From Candidatus Thorarchaeota archaeon (GTDB lineage Archaea > Asgardarchaeota > Thorarchaeia > Thorarchaeales > Thorarchaeaceae): DNA of 64,000 nt. The stretch is taken from the NCBI GenBank assembly GCA_963726195.1, contig CAVSBO010000004.1, positions 1-64,000 on the forward strand, in the 5' to 3' direction. A program made the translations under genes and the position numbers. Within the stretch, counting starts at the first letter, position 1; each line of letters opens with the position of its first letter. The notes beneath the pieces were generated by a model, which saw only the letters and a list, made by a program, of their open reading frames with translations, was not told the DNA's origin and did not search any database. Of this stretch, positions 33,659-43,993 are shown one piece after another.

Positions 33659-35261
33659 TCATAGTTGAAGGCTCTGGTCCTCTTCTACAATTCGCCGATG
33701 CCGCCCAAGATGCTCGTAGAACCAAATCAGGCGATCGAGTCTTCCTTTGCTTGCCCGGGATATGATCTCCATTTCAGATGTAGTGAAACACGACAGAACG
33801 CCTGAAAGAATGAATAGCGTTGACAGCGTGATCCCAGCGATTATGAAGAGGTCTTCAAGGCTAAGTGGGGAATACCACACGGTGAGGAAGTACGTTATTC
33901 CCATCTGCAAGATGCCCAGTATAGCAACGCGGATCAAGGCTCCCCACCCTACTTGCCTGAGTTCCTTTGTCTGCGCCATCAGAAGCAAGAGAGTAATGGC
34001 GAAACTCATGGCTGTGGTGATCGCTATGCCCGCCATTCCTAGGACCTGTAGCCATCCCAAGACAGCAAACACGTAGTAGAAGGGAATTGCCGACAGGGCA
34101 TAGAACGCTTCGAAGAGAAGAAGCCGATGTGTCTGAGCTTTTGCCCCTATGAGGTTCAAGAAAACCGTGTTAAGAACGGTCGCTGCCATCATGATTGTTG
34201 CGAATGCAAGAGTAGTATTAGTCTCTGGACCTAGATACTGTGAGCTGGTGATTACCGACATGACCTTTGACCCACAGTAGATTAGAACGGGCGACACATA
34301 CAAGACTGCGTGCGCCAGCATCTTCAGAACGGTTCCCAGAGCTATTCCAACCCGTTCAGGCCTCGTCTTGAGCATCACGATTATGATGGGCGAAAAAGGT
34401 ATCATCAGGGTCATGATTGCGTCCGTCGCCATCGTGGTTACGCCGATAACAAGGTTGTAAGTTGCAAATACTGTAGTCCCGAAGAGCAGAACTGTGAAGA
34501 AATTGTTTATGGCTCCGCGAAATGAGTCAAGCACAGTGAGACCGATGATTGGTAGTGTGAATGCCATAGGTGCCGAGCTCGGCCATTTTGGATGGTAGAG
34601 CGATGCCTGACGTCTCAAACCTGAGGTCGGGATTGCCACAATTATCGTTAGGACATCAGCGATGATCCAGCCCCAGAAAATCATCATGAAGTCTCTAGTC
34701 AGAAGGTACATGCCAAGGGGAATGAGCTGGTAAGCTACAGTTCGCCCTGCTCCAACAACAACGCCACGCTCGATTCTCAAGTAGGAATTGTAGACCCCCA
34801 AGAACAGCTGAATGAGAGAGGCTGTGATGGAGAGGGGAATCATCATGATGATTCCTTGGTACAGTGAGCCACTGGACTCCTGCGAAAACAGAGGCCAGAA
34901 ATATGAAGCCGATTGCCAGAAGGGGCGCGAGCACTAGGCTTGCGATTATCCCGTATACAAACATGTGGTGTATGAGTACGTTTGATGCTTCTGGATCCTT
35001 CTCCGACAATCCCCTCTGTGTCATGACCCAGACGACCCACGGTATCGCGAGGCCAGTTACTAGGCTCGCACCGAGCGCTACAAAACTAACGAGACCGTAG
35101 AGATCCTTGCTTAGAATGTCGGGCTGTGTTATGATTTTAATCCAAATGAGCTGAGTTCCACGGGTAATTATGATCCGGCCCCAACCAAGCGATGTAGATC
35201 TCGCATAGGTCTCTGCCAACCCCGTTTGTTCCGAATTGGTTCCCGATCCCTTGTCGTTCAA
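33659..35261 (-). CDS. Oligosaccharide flippase (Wzx/MOP superfamily); frameshift near 34855
   Basis: Multi-TM protein with N-terminal 'LSKDLYGLVSFV' flippase-like motif, located at the end of the glycan cluster. Confidence 0.7.
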
Positions 35262-35535
35262 TGAAGCACCTTCGTCTAGTTGCTACGCATTTCTTGGGAT
35301 AGGCGAACTGTGGCAGAGCATCAGAAAGGCTCTGAAATCCTCCTCTCTTCGTCCTTTAGGGGTCTTGGAATCGAGTGCGGCATGAGTGTGGGAATAAGCT
35401 TATCGGTCCTCTCCCAACCCACTGTCAATATCAGGTCAATCGGAAGGATTGACGGCTCCCGCTCGGACTGCCACCCAATGCTTGGATTCAGATGCACAAG
35501 TTCTGGCTAGTAGTCGATGTTGATTGGATGGAGAG

Positions 35536-36323
35536 ATGATGACGATCGACTCTCTTCTTATCCGGAAGGGTCTTGCAACAGCATTGCTCAAGCCCCGGGT
35601 CATTGTGCTCGAGACGGTCGACTCAACAAATGACATACGCGAAGAACTTGCTCGTACGGGCGGCTTGCACAAGACATAGTCATAGTGGCAGAAACACAGC
35701 AAGCCGGCCGTGGTCGACACAACCGACACTGGTACTCCCCTCCCGGCGGGCTATACATATCGCTAGCAACGAAGCCGCCTGTGCACAACAGGGATGTGGC
35801 ACTACTAGGACTGCTTGCAGGGTGTGCTTCGGCCAGTGCGATTCATCAGATGACTGGGCTTGAAGTAGGCTTGAAGTGGCCTAATGATATTATGATTCAC
35901 GGACACAAGGTTGGCGGCATATTGAGCGAAGTTGTCAATATATACAATGGGACAACGAGTGTGATTCTTGGAATCGGCATCAACCAGAATACGCACTTGG
36001 AAGACATGCCTGCAGAGCTCAGAGACAAAACCACAACCATCCTTGCCGAATCCGGCCTCGAAACCTCTAGAGAAGAGCTTGCTTACCGGATTGTCAATAG
36101 TATCGATTCACGGATGGCCGTGCTTGTATCCGACGCCTCACCATCATCGATTCTCGAGGAATGGATGAGGATCAATGTGACCATAGGAAAGAAGGTGCAA
36201 GTCGACGATGGAGAGCGTGTCATTGAAGGAGTAGCCACTGGAATAACTCCTACTGGTTCTCTCAAAGTCAAGGTCGGGCGCCGCATCATCGAGATTCAGG
36301 CTGGAGATGTCGCTCATGACTGA
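35536..36323 (+). CDS. birA: Biotin--[acetyl-CoA-carboxylase] ligase; frameshift(s) near 35635-35675
   Basis: VLETVDSTND in the upstream frame, then AETQQAGRGRHNRHWYSP, KWPNDI...KVGGILSE, GIGIN, GSL...AGDV. Confidence 0.9.
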
Positions 36324-36396
36324 ACAAACCACATTGCATTTTCACATTCAGGAAATCACTCGTCCCGAAAGACCCTAAGACATAAGACTTCCGAGA

Positions 36397-37288
36397 ATGC
36401 CCAACAGCTGGGATTCTGCTTTGGGACCTACAACAGTAAAGATTGACGCGACTCACTTGGAACAGCTCCATCAGTTACTAATCAAAGAGTCTCAAGCTAG
36501 CGAGGTCAGGACCACCAACAAGTATGAGGCGTTTAGAATCGAACTTGCTGGCGGGTTGGTCATCGCTTACAAAACAGGCAAGATAGTGGTCAACGGAGAG
36601 AAGCTGCCACTCTCTTCTAAGCAAGGTCTTGGAGCGCATGGGACTCGAAGAAACAAGATACGACTTCATAATCGGTTCTGACGAAGCGGGCAAGGGTGAG
36701 TGGCTAGGTCCGATGGTCGTCGCCGCTGTGGCATTGACCGCAAAGCAGTCGGGAGTTCTGAGAAGTCTGGGCGTGATGGACAGCAAGGCTCTGAGTCAGA
36801 AGAAGATAGGAGCGCTCAAAGAGAGAATTCTCGGGAATGCAACGGCAGTCAAGACCGTGCTGGTATCTCCGCAGACATTCAATGAACGTATGGAGGAACT
36901 ACATGACGAGGGTAAGAGCCTGAACGACTTGCTGGCATGGGCTCATGCCAAGGTGATTGGTGAGGTTCACAGTCAGCTAAGTCGTGAGCATTCTGGTGCA
37001 CGGTTCGAAGTCGTAATCGACGAATTCTCAAAGCTGAAGACCGAAGAGCGACTCAGCCGGGTTCTCACGCTAAAAGAGGTGGAGGTTATCCAAAGACCGA
37101 GAGCAGAAGATGAGATGGCGGTTGCCGCAGCTAGCATTGTGGCGCGTGGACTGAGAGATGAATGGGTAGACAGTACATCAAAGCGGCTCGGAGTCGACCT
37201 GCTGAGTCTGACTCCCGAAGATGCCATGCGCCGCTCAGACCGACACAGGCTCGTCAAGACCAGCTATCTCAAGAAGCTTCGTGGATGA
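36397..37288 (+). CDS. rnhC: Ribonuclease HIII-like (N-terminal TBP-like domain plus RNase H type 2 domain); frameshift near 36605
   Basis: YEAFRI...IAYKTGKIVVNG N-domain; IGSDEAGKGEWLGPMVVAAV, GVMDSK, LAWAH, VIDEF, AE..MAVAAASIVAR. Confidence 0.8.
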
Positions 37289-37429
37289 GAATGGAGCTGG
37301 CATTGCCTACCATGTTTCTTTGTGTCTTCCCAAGAAATACCACATTGACCGTCTCATTGAGTCACTGGACGGCCAACTGAGTGTACTGCATCTGAATCCT
37401 TAAGTGAGAGCATCCTAGCCACTTGTTCG

Positions 37430-38503
37430 ATGTCGAGTTCTGTGAGCCAACAACCCCGATCCAAGATACGACTATTTGACAAGTTGCTGCCACTCTGGAT
37501 TCTGCTTTCAATGGTTGTCGGTCTTCTCCTCGGGTACTTTGTGCCGAGTATTTCGGGTATGCTTGACTACTGGAGATTCGATACGGTCTCATTGCCAATC
37601 GCAATAGGGCTGCTCTGGATGATGTACCCTGTGCTTGCGAAGGTCAAGTACGAAGAGCTCGGGAAACTCCGAAATGAGAAGAAAATGTTCGCAGTGTCCT
37701 TGTTCTTGAACTGGGTCGTTGGTCCCATGTTGATGTTTGTTCTCGCATGGACTTTTCTTTCCGACCTAGCGGACTATAGAGTTGGCTTGATACTGGTCGG
37801 ACTTGCTCGCTGCATAGCAATGGTACTAATCTGGAACATTATGGCGGGAGGAAACAGCGAATACTGTGCAGTCCTCGTGGCAATCAACTCAATAATGCAG
37901 ATATTGCTCTACAGCGTAGAAGCTTGGTTCTATGTGACGTTCCTTTCTGCGATTGTGGCTCCCGGCGGAGGCAGCATTGTACAGGTTTCAATCATCGACG
38001 TTGCAAAGAGCGTTATCATATTCTTGGGCATTCCTCTGATAGCAGGAATCATCACTCGAGTGGTCCTCATCAGAAGAAGAGGAAAGGAATGGTATGATGG
38101 TCGATTTGCGCCAAGGCTCGGGCCACTCGCACTCTTGGGACTACTTTTCACAATCGTTGTCATGTTCTCCCTGAAAGGCGGGGTTATCCTAGCATTGCCG
38201 TTTGACGTGTTCAGGATTGCCTTGCCACTGCTGTCTTACTTTCTTCTGATGTTCTTTGCTTCATTCGGCATCTCATATCTCTTCAAGTTCAACTATGACA
38301 AGAACGTCACTATTTCATTCACGGCGGCGAGCAACAATTTCGAGCTTGCAATCGCTGTTACCATCGGAGTCTTTGGCTTGAATTCTGGGGAGGCACTGGC
38401 AGCGGTGGTTGGACCCCTCATTGAGGTTCCAGTGCTGGTTAGTCTCGTTTACGTGGCTCTCTGGATGCGGCGAAGGATTTATGGAGAACAACAATTAGCA
38501 TAG
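37430..38503 (+). CDS. arsB: ACR3-family arsenite efflux transporter
   Basis: AIGLLWMMYPVLAKV, LNWVVGP, GLARCIAMV, FTAASNNFELAIAV, VVGPLIEVPVL. Confidence 0.95.
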   Translation: MSSSVSQQPRSKIRLFDKLLPLWILLSMVVGLLLGYFVPSISGMLDYWRFDTVSLPIAIGLLWMMYPVLAKVKYEELGKLRNEKKMFAVSLFLNWVVGPMLMFVLAWTFLSDLADYRVGLILVGLARCIAMVLIWNIMAGGNSEYCAVLVAINSIMQILLYSVEAWFYVTFLSAIVAPGGGSIVQVSIIDVAKSVIIFLGIPLIAGIITRVVLIRRRGKEWYDGRFAPRLGPLALLGLLFTIVVMFSLKGGVILALPFDVFRIALPLLSYFLLMFFASFGISYLFKFNYDKNVTISFTAASNNFELAIAVTIGVFGLNSGEALAAVVGPLIEVPVLVSLVYVALWMRRRIYGEQQLA

Positions 38504-38564
38504 ACCTTTGCGTTTCCGCTCCGCGCTCGGTGATGTGCCGCGATTCTGTTTACGGTAACGTGCC

Positions 38565-39189
38565 CTACTTCTTCCAATAGTACACAAAGTCACAGCAGTC
38601 ATTGCCTTGCATGAGTGTCTTCGTTCGCTTCAACGCCACCTTCGGGTGAATGGCTTTCGTTGTCTCGAAATCATGTTCACAAAACCTGATGTAGCCCAAG
38701 TCCGTCGCATTCAGTGCCTTGAATACAGTAGCATAGATACACTGGGTCACGGTGCATGCACATTTGTCGGCGGTCTCTTCCGTGATTGAGACATCCTCCA
38801 TGCTGCTGTCATTCAGCTCGTCCACCCATCTTCTGACAAGGGCGCTAACGTCAGCGAAGTTCTTAATCGGCTTTTTCTCAGCTTGCACTGAGCTTCCTGA
38901 CCTCTTCCACAGCGCCGCGTTCCGACCACTTTCTTACGATGTCGTCGGCCTTCTCTTTTCCAATCACTCGTTCCATTTCGCGAATGATTGCGACTTCCTT
39001 TCCATGCATGTCGAGGAAGTGTTGTCTAACAGTGGTCTCAATACTCGTCTCGAACTTGTCGCTTCCTTTGGTGATCAATCTGTTTCCATCCCGTGTCTTG
39101 ACTGGCGTGACCCTTGAATATCGGGATAATATGGCTAGCGTTTCTTCGCTTACGGCTATCATATGGCATGCGTTTGCTATGTCATACAT
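38565..39189 (-). CDS. L-2-amino-thiazoline-4-carboxylic acid hydrolase-like (ATC_hydrolase, V4R/H-NOX clan) protein; frameshift near 38885
   Basis: VTQCIYATVF...DLGY..FCEHDF....HP...LKRTKTLMQGNDCCDF; N-terminal helical part IGKEKADDIVRKW. Confidence 0.75.
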
Positions 39190-41473
39190 TGGAGCCGCTC
39201 GTAGATTGCGCCGCTGGCCCCTTGGCGGCTGGCAGGGTGATGACAAAAACGGTGCCCTTGCCGTAGTCATTTGGAACCCTATCCTCCACGGAAATGCTTC
39301 CTCCAAACGCCCGTACTAGCGCATAGACAACTGACAGGCCGAGTCCGGTGCCGTGGGCGCGGTCCATGTACCTCTCAAACAGCTTGGCCTTGCGCTCTGG
39401 CTCGATTCCACTGCTGTGGTCAGCAACTCGTATCTCCCACCAGTTCCGACCCTCGCGTATCACCAGCGAGATGATGGCATCAATCACGAGCTCACCTTTG
39501 GCATATTGTACGGAATTGTAGAACAGATTGAGGAAGACATCAGTGAGCAGAGAATTAGCTCCCACAAAGCACTGTCCCAGCTCTTTGTCGACGCTGAACC
39601 TTAGTCCTCTTGCAGTAGGAGTCCTAGCCACAATACGGTATGATTCGAGGATTGACTGCACAAGGTCCACCGGCACGAAGGAGCTTTCCGCCATGCGATC
39701 CACCATTCCAAGACGCCTGACGTTTCTTACCAAACTGTCAGCCCTCATGAGTTCGGAGTTTGCATCAAGAAGGGTCTGTTCCCTAAGCCCTGCGGGTAGG
39801 TCCTCGATTTCTAACAGATTCAGGCATACGAGAATCGCTTGGTGGTAGTTGGAGATGTCGTGAACCAAGAGATCGGCGAATAGGGTAGCCCTGTTCTGGG
39901 ATGACTCCGCTCTCGCTAGTTCCTTCACATAGAGAGAACCAAGGAAAGCCGGCCCAAACAGAAACGTCACTAACAGAAAAACCTCAGCAGCCCACCACCC
40001 CGAACTCCAATCCGCGTAATTGCCCTTGAGTATCGTTGGTACGACCAAGAGAATAAGAAACCCCACTGACATAACCTCTGCGGACACGCGGCCCCGTGAT
40101 TCCACGATTAGTGTCCAAGCCAGATATGTCACTGCGAACATCACGAGCACGTTCATACTCAATAGTAACGAAACTCCGATTGGACTCCCAGACAACCCCG
40201 AGATTTCTGACTCAAGGTATTTCTGAAGTGCCATCCCGACTATGTTCGTCAGAATGATCGACACGATAAAGAGAGCAACGAACCTTTCTCGGACGGGTGT
40301 CGCATCTGCTCTTTGTGGGACTCTCGTCCATTTGACTGCCAAAGGCAACAGAATGAGAGACAGAAGACCAGCTATCACGTAGGGTATTGTCGTTTCACTG
40401 AAGGCGGTATGATAGAAGACTGCACTTATTACGAGGGTGACTTGGGCCACTGACCATGCGATGAAGAGCCAGATAATGGGATATCTATTCATCGCTGGTC
40501 TCCGTTGATTGTAGGCTGAAACGAGAAAGGCCATCACTCCCGACATGACTGCAGCCCCAAGATGCGTCAAGTAATACGTCTCCATGCTTACGAATTGGAA
40601 AAAGGGCGCAACGACCTCCAGAAGAATCGTGACGAACACAGGAGTGAACACGAACAATGATGGTATGGAGGCAATCTCGTATGCACGCAGGCGTTTGACT
40701 CCCAGCTTAATCAGAACCGGTGAAGCCACGGCTACGTTCAATACGAACAGGCCTACGGCTCGCAGGATGAAAGCGAGACTCCAAATGGATGATGGGAAGA
40801 ACAAGGCAATAACGGAGGGAGCCCAAGAAACCCCAAAGAGAGTGAAGGCCACTGCCATCTGCCCGACATTGAATACTCTCATCCCAGCAGGCAGGCGTGA
40901 CCAAACAAGACCAGCCAGAGTAGTCGCGACTGCTGCCACAATGCCTAGGCAGAGGCCGACTGCGTACAGATATCCTTGAGTAACCTGAGTTATGACTAGG
41001 TAGTACAGGATGCCATGGGCACCGAGGCTCGCAAAAGGGATGATTACGATGCTGTACAGTCTTGAGTGCATGGTCCCGCTAGGTCTCCATGCGGCAGCGA
41101 GAATCAGGCACCCAAAAACAGCCACGTAGAGCAAATCACTTACCAGAATTGGAGGGGAGCTCATGGTATCAATTGCCGCCGGGTCGAATAGGACTCTGAC
41201 TGCGCGACCGATATTCACCACGGCCGAATACAGCAGAGCGGAATGCAGAATCGACTGGTCATGGTCGCCTCCGAGACTGGACTCAGCCAACGCGGCAGCA
41301 GAGCAGGTCGCAGAAAGATATGCGAGAAGCGAGTAGAAGACCACAGCTGTACGATAGACCGACCACGCGGGCAAAGCCAGCAGGTACCAAGCCGCACACA
41401 ACGGGCCGAAGATGGCAAACATGACCATGACCTGTCCAATCGCCATCTTTCCGGAAGATGAGGTCTGCGTCAT
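39182..41473 (-). CDS. Multi-pass membrane sensor histidine kinase
   Basis: Large hydrophobic N-terminal region; H box LLVHDISN, N box VFLNLFYNSVQY, G1 VADHSSGI, F box LFERY, G2 GTGLGL. Confidence 0.9.
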   Translation of the reverse strand: MTQTSSSGKMAIGQVMVMFAIFGPLCAAWYLLALPAWSVYRTAVVFYSLLAYLSATCSAAALAESSLGGDHDQSILHSALLYSAVVNIGRAVRVLFDPAAIDTMSSPPILVSDLLYVAVFGCLILAAAWRPSGTMHSRLYSIVIIPFASLGAHGILYYLVITQVTQGYLYAVGLCLGIVAAVATTLAGLVWSRLPAGMRVFNVGQMAVAFTLFGVSWAPSVIALFFPSSIWSLAFILRAVGLFVLNVAVASPVLIKLGVKRLRAYEIASIPSLFVFTPVFVTILLEVVAPFFQFVSMETYYLTHLGAAVMSGVMAFLVSAYNQRRPAMNRYPIIWLFIAWSVAQVTLVISAVFYHTAFSETTIPYVIAGLLSLILLPLAVKWTRVPQRADATPVRERFVALFIVSIILTNIVGMALQKYLESEISGLSGSPIGVSLLLSMNVLVMFAVTYLAWTLIVESRGRVSAEVMSVGFLILLVVPTILKGNYADWSSGWWAAEVFLLVTFLFGPAFLGSLYVKELARAESSQNRATLFADLLVHDISNYHQAILVCLNLLEIEDLPAGLREQTLLDANSELMRADSLVRNVRRLGMVDRMAESSFVPVDLVQSILESYRIVARTPTARGLRFSVDKELGQCFVGANSLLTDVFLNLFYNSVQYAKGELVIDAIISLVIREGRNWWEIRVADHSSGIEPERKAKLFERYMDRAHGTGLGLSVVYALVRAFGGSISVEDRVPNDYGKGTVFVITLPAAKGPAAQSTSGSNV

Positions 41474-41753
41474 CGCTGCTAGCCCCCGGGCAGAAACCTA
41501 CGCTCTACAATATTCCTTGTGCAGCCGGAGGCGAGAGGACTCGAGGCATATTAAGTGAATTTGCGACAACCAATCTCTTGACGTCCGCTTCGAGGTGCCC
41601 GACTCTGCGGGTCTGGGCCATAAACGGAGGCCATCTCCGAGCCGGACCGAGACACCTATATCGGGATAAACGCGGCCTAGCGCTAACCGATGCGAGAGCG
41701 ATTGCTCTCGATATCAACGATCGGTGGGGATGTAAGCAAGAGGTTAGTAATCT

Positions 41754-43590
41754 ATGAAACTACCTACTTTTGACAGAAATCAGAAAGCGCTGTTCTTCTG
41801 TCTGTTTTGTGTCCTCTCTTTCGCGCTCATCGCCCACTACACGCAGAACAACTTCGGCACCATCAACATTAGCACAGTAAACATTGTTGATGAGAACGGG
41901 CAGTCAATAACAATGCAGATTTGGCGCCCCGCGGCTGCCACATCAAGTTCCCCGGCCCCCGCTGTTCTGTTGTTGCATGGCATGAATAACGACAAGGAGA
42001 CAGAAGCTACAGTAGCACTGGAACTAGCAAGGCGAGGATTCGTAGCAGTCAGCCTTGACCAGCTGAGTCACGGCGATTCTGGTCCAGTTAGCAATCCTCT
42101 ATTTCTTCTAGGTGCGTCCAACTACACACTCGGTGCTAATTCTGCATACCAGTACATGAAGAGCCTAGCTTTTGTTGACAACACAGAGATGGGAGTCGTG
42201 GGTCATTCGATGGGCGGGATGACAGCCAGAGTGGTTGCTATGATGAATCCAGACCATCGTGCGATAGTCATTCAGGCCGGTGGTCCGGACAACCTGACGC
42301 TGTACCCCGGCTTCCACAACTACCTGAATGTCTGGCCCTATTATGAGGAGCTCTTCACAGTCGCTCCAAGGGCTGTGTTCATGAACGAGAGCCTTCTGAT
42401 GGTAGGCTACAATGAACATCTAGGAACAGGAGTTATGGGAGCATATGACCACACATATGGTACATTCGCAAATGGCACAGCACACAGGTGCGCTCTTTGC
42501 CCCTGCACTCATCCTGGTTCAACATGGAACTCTAAGGCAGTAACAGAAGTCGTCGCTTGGATGTTTCAGGCTCTTTCAGGGTATTCTGAATCTGCGGCCC
42601 TGGCTGCGTCTGTTACTACTCAGACATACATGATAGTTCAGTACTCAGAGCTTGGCGCTCTCATCATGTCTGTCATTTCTCTGATACCCTTGACCGCCAT
42701 TCTTCTGAACGTGCCCTACTTTGGAATGGTGAAGACTTCCCTTCCGACGAAGGTATCGCTTACTGGCTTCAATTGGTGGAAGTACGCCTCACTCAATACT
42801 CTGATAGGTGGAGTCACATTCGTCGTTCTGCCCATGGTTGGGCTTCTAGGCGGGGCGGTTTTGGGCATTTTCGCTCCAATCTTCCTACTGGCGACTGCAA
42901 ACGGGTCTGTTCTTTGGCTGTTGGCGAACTTCCTGATTGCATGGCTGTTCTACAGGGAGTGGTACAAGAAACAGAGCACAGAGAATGGACTTACCCAGAC
43001 CGACGTCGGTCGCGTCGAGAGCATCAAGAACCCGGAGGGTCGTGAGATCGTATTCAGGACGATTGTCCTCGGGACACTCATGTTTGCATTCCTGTACGCG
43101 ATCGTGACCCTTTCAGTGTCCTATCTCGGGGTTGAGTTCCGTTACATGTGGCCAACATTCAAGGAGTTCACCCCACTCAGGTTCGGTCAGTTCTTGCTGT
43201 ACCTCATCCCGGTCTTGCCGTTCTTCCTCTTGAACGGGGGCACGTTGCTCTTCGGGATGCTGCGTCAGAATGAGACGAAGTGGCCGATCATCACACAGTT
43301 TGTGTGGTGGCTGAAGGGCCTCTTTGCAATGGAGGCCGGCCTGCTTGTAGTCTTCCTTGTGCAGTACTTGCCAATGTACACCTTGGGTACAGGTCCTATC
43401 ATAAGCTCAGCCTTAGGGATCGTATTCGGGCTGTATGGCGTGTTCTTAATGCAGATACTGCCTTGGTTCGCAGGCATGTTCTTCCTCAGCTACGGCACTC
43501 TACCGGATGACGGGGAGAATCTATCTTGGCACCATAATGGTCACCATACTCACCGTCTGGTGGATGGCAGTCAGCTCAATGCTGGTATAG
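41754..43590 (+). CDS. Membrane-bound alpha/beta-fold hydrolase; probable frameshift near 43490 (annotated ORF runs to 43604)
   Basis: PAVLLLHG, ELARRGFV..LD..HGDS, nucleophile GHSMGG, multi-TM C-terminal half; shifted tail LYRMTGRIYLG. Confidence 0.85.
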
Positions 43591-43610
43591 GATTCGTTCA
43601 GTAGTTTCCA

Positions 43611-43655
43611 CGCGGGTCGGACAGGTTCCGATCCGCGCCTGCTTTCTTTTGCTTT
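43611..43655 (+). terminator. Hairpin plus T tract after the hydrolase gene
   Basis: CGCGGGTCGGA-CAGGT-TCCGATCCGCG followed by CCTGCTTTCTTTTGCTTT. Confidence 0.6.
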
Positions 43656-43670
43656 CCAATGGTTGTTCAT

Positions 43671-43899
43671 AGAGGAACGCGGCGAGGAGACCCCCAACTT
43701 CAGTCGGGGGTGGAAACGCCGCCGCGGGATATACGAGTTTAAATGTGAGCTTGAAAAGTGAAGAGTCGTATCCGACCGTGGCAATGCTGTGGTCGGAAGG
43801 GCGCATGTCAACCGCCCGAATGTCGCACGAAATGACGAGGTAGAGTTCCTACCGCGGATCGCAGTGGCAAGCCTACGACTTTAGTCGCAGGTAGTTGAC
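43671..43899 (+). mobile_element. Non-autonomous IS200/IS605-family derivative (MITE/PATE-like); no tnpA and no intact tnpB
   Basis: Left-end hairpin ACCCCCAACT-TC-AGTCGGGGGT (43690-43711); right-end hairpin GCCTACGACT-TT-AGTCGCAGGT followed by AGTTGAC (43871-43899); residual TnpB-like C-terminal peptide GRAHVNRPNVA...ASLRL*. Confidence 0.8.
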
Positions 43900-43919
43900 C
43901 TCAGTCGATTCCAGAAGAA
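43766..43919 (+). ncRNA. Putative TnpB omega-RNA (reRNA) scaffold plus flanking guide
   Basis: Stem 43771-43797; GGGCG/CGCCC stem whose loop GTCAAC (43807-43812) is complementary to terminal GTTGAC (43894-43899); TGTCGC/GTGGCA and GGTAG/CTACC stems; right-end hairpin. Boundaries are inferred. Confidence 0.55.
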
Positions 43920-43993
43920 AACCCTAAGAGCAATCGATACGTTGCTGTCCCAGAAGGACTGCTTTCTAACAGACTTGGGGTGACAGATGGCAA

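Noticed and set aside
41692-41709. Inverted repeat CGAGAGC-GATT-GCTCTCG upstream of the hydrolase as an operator
   Set aside because: Single occurrence with no adjacent transcription factor; cannot be distinguished from chance.
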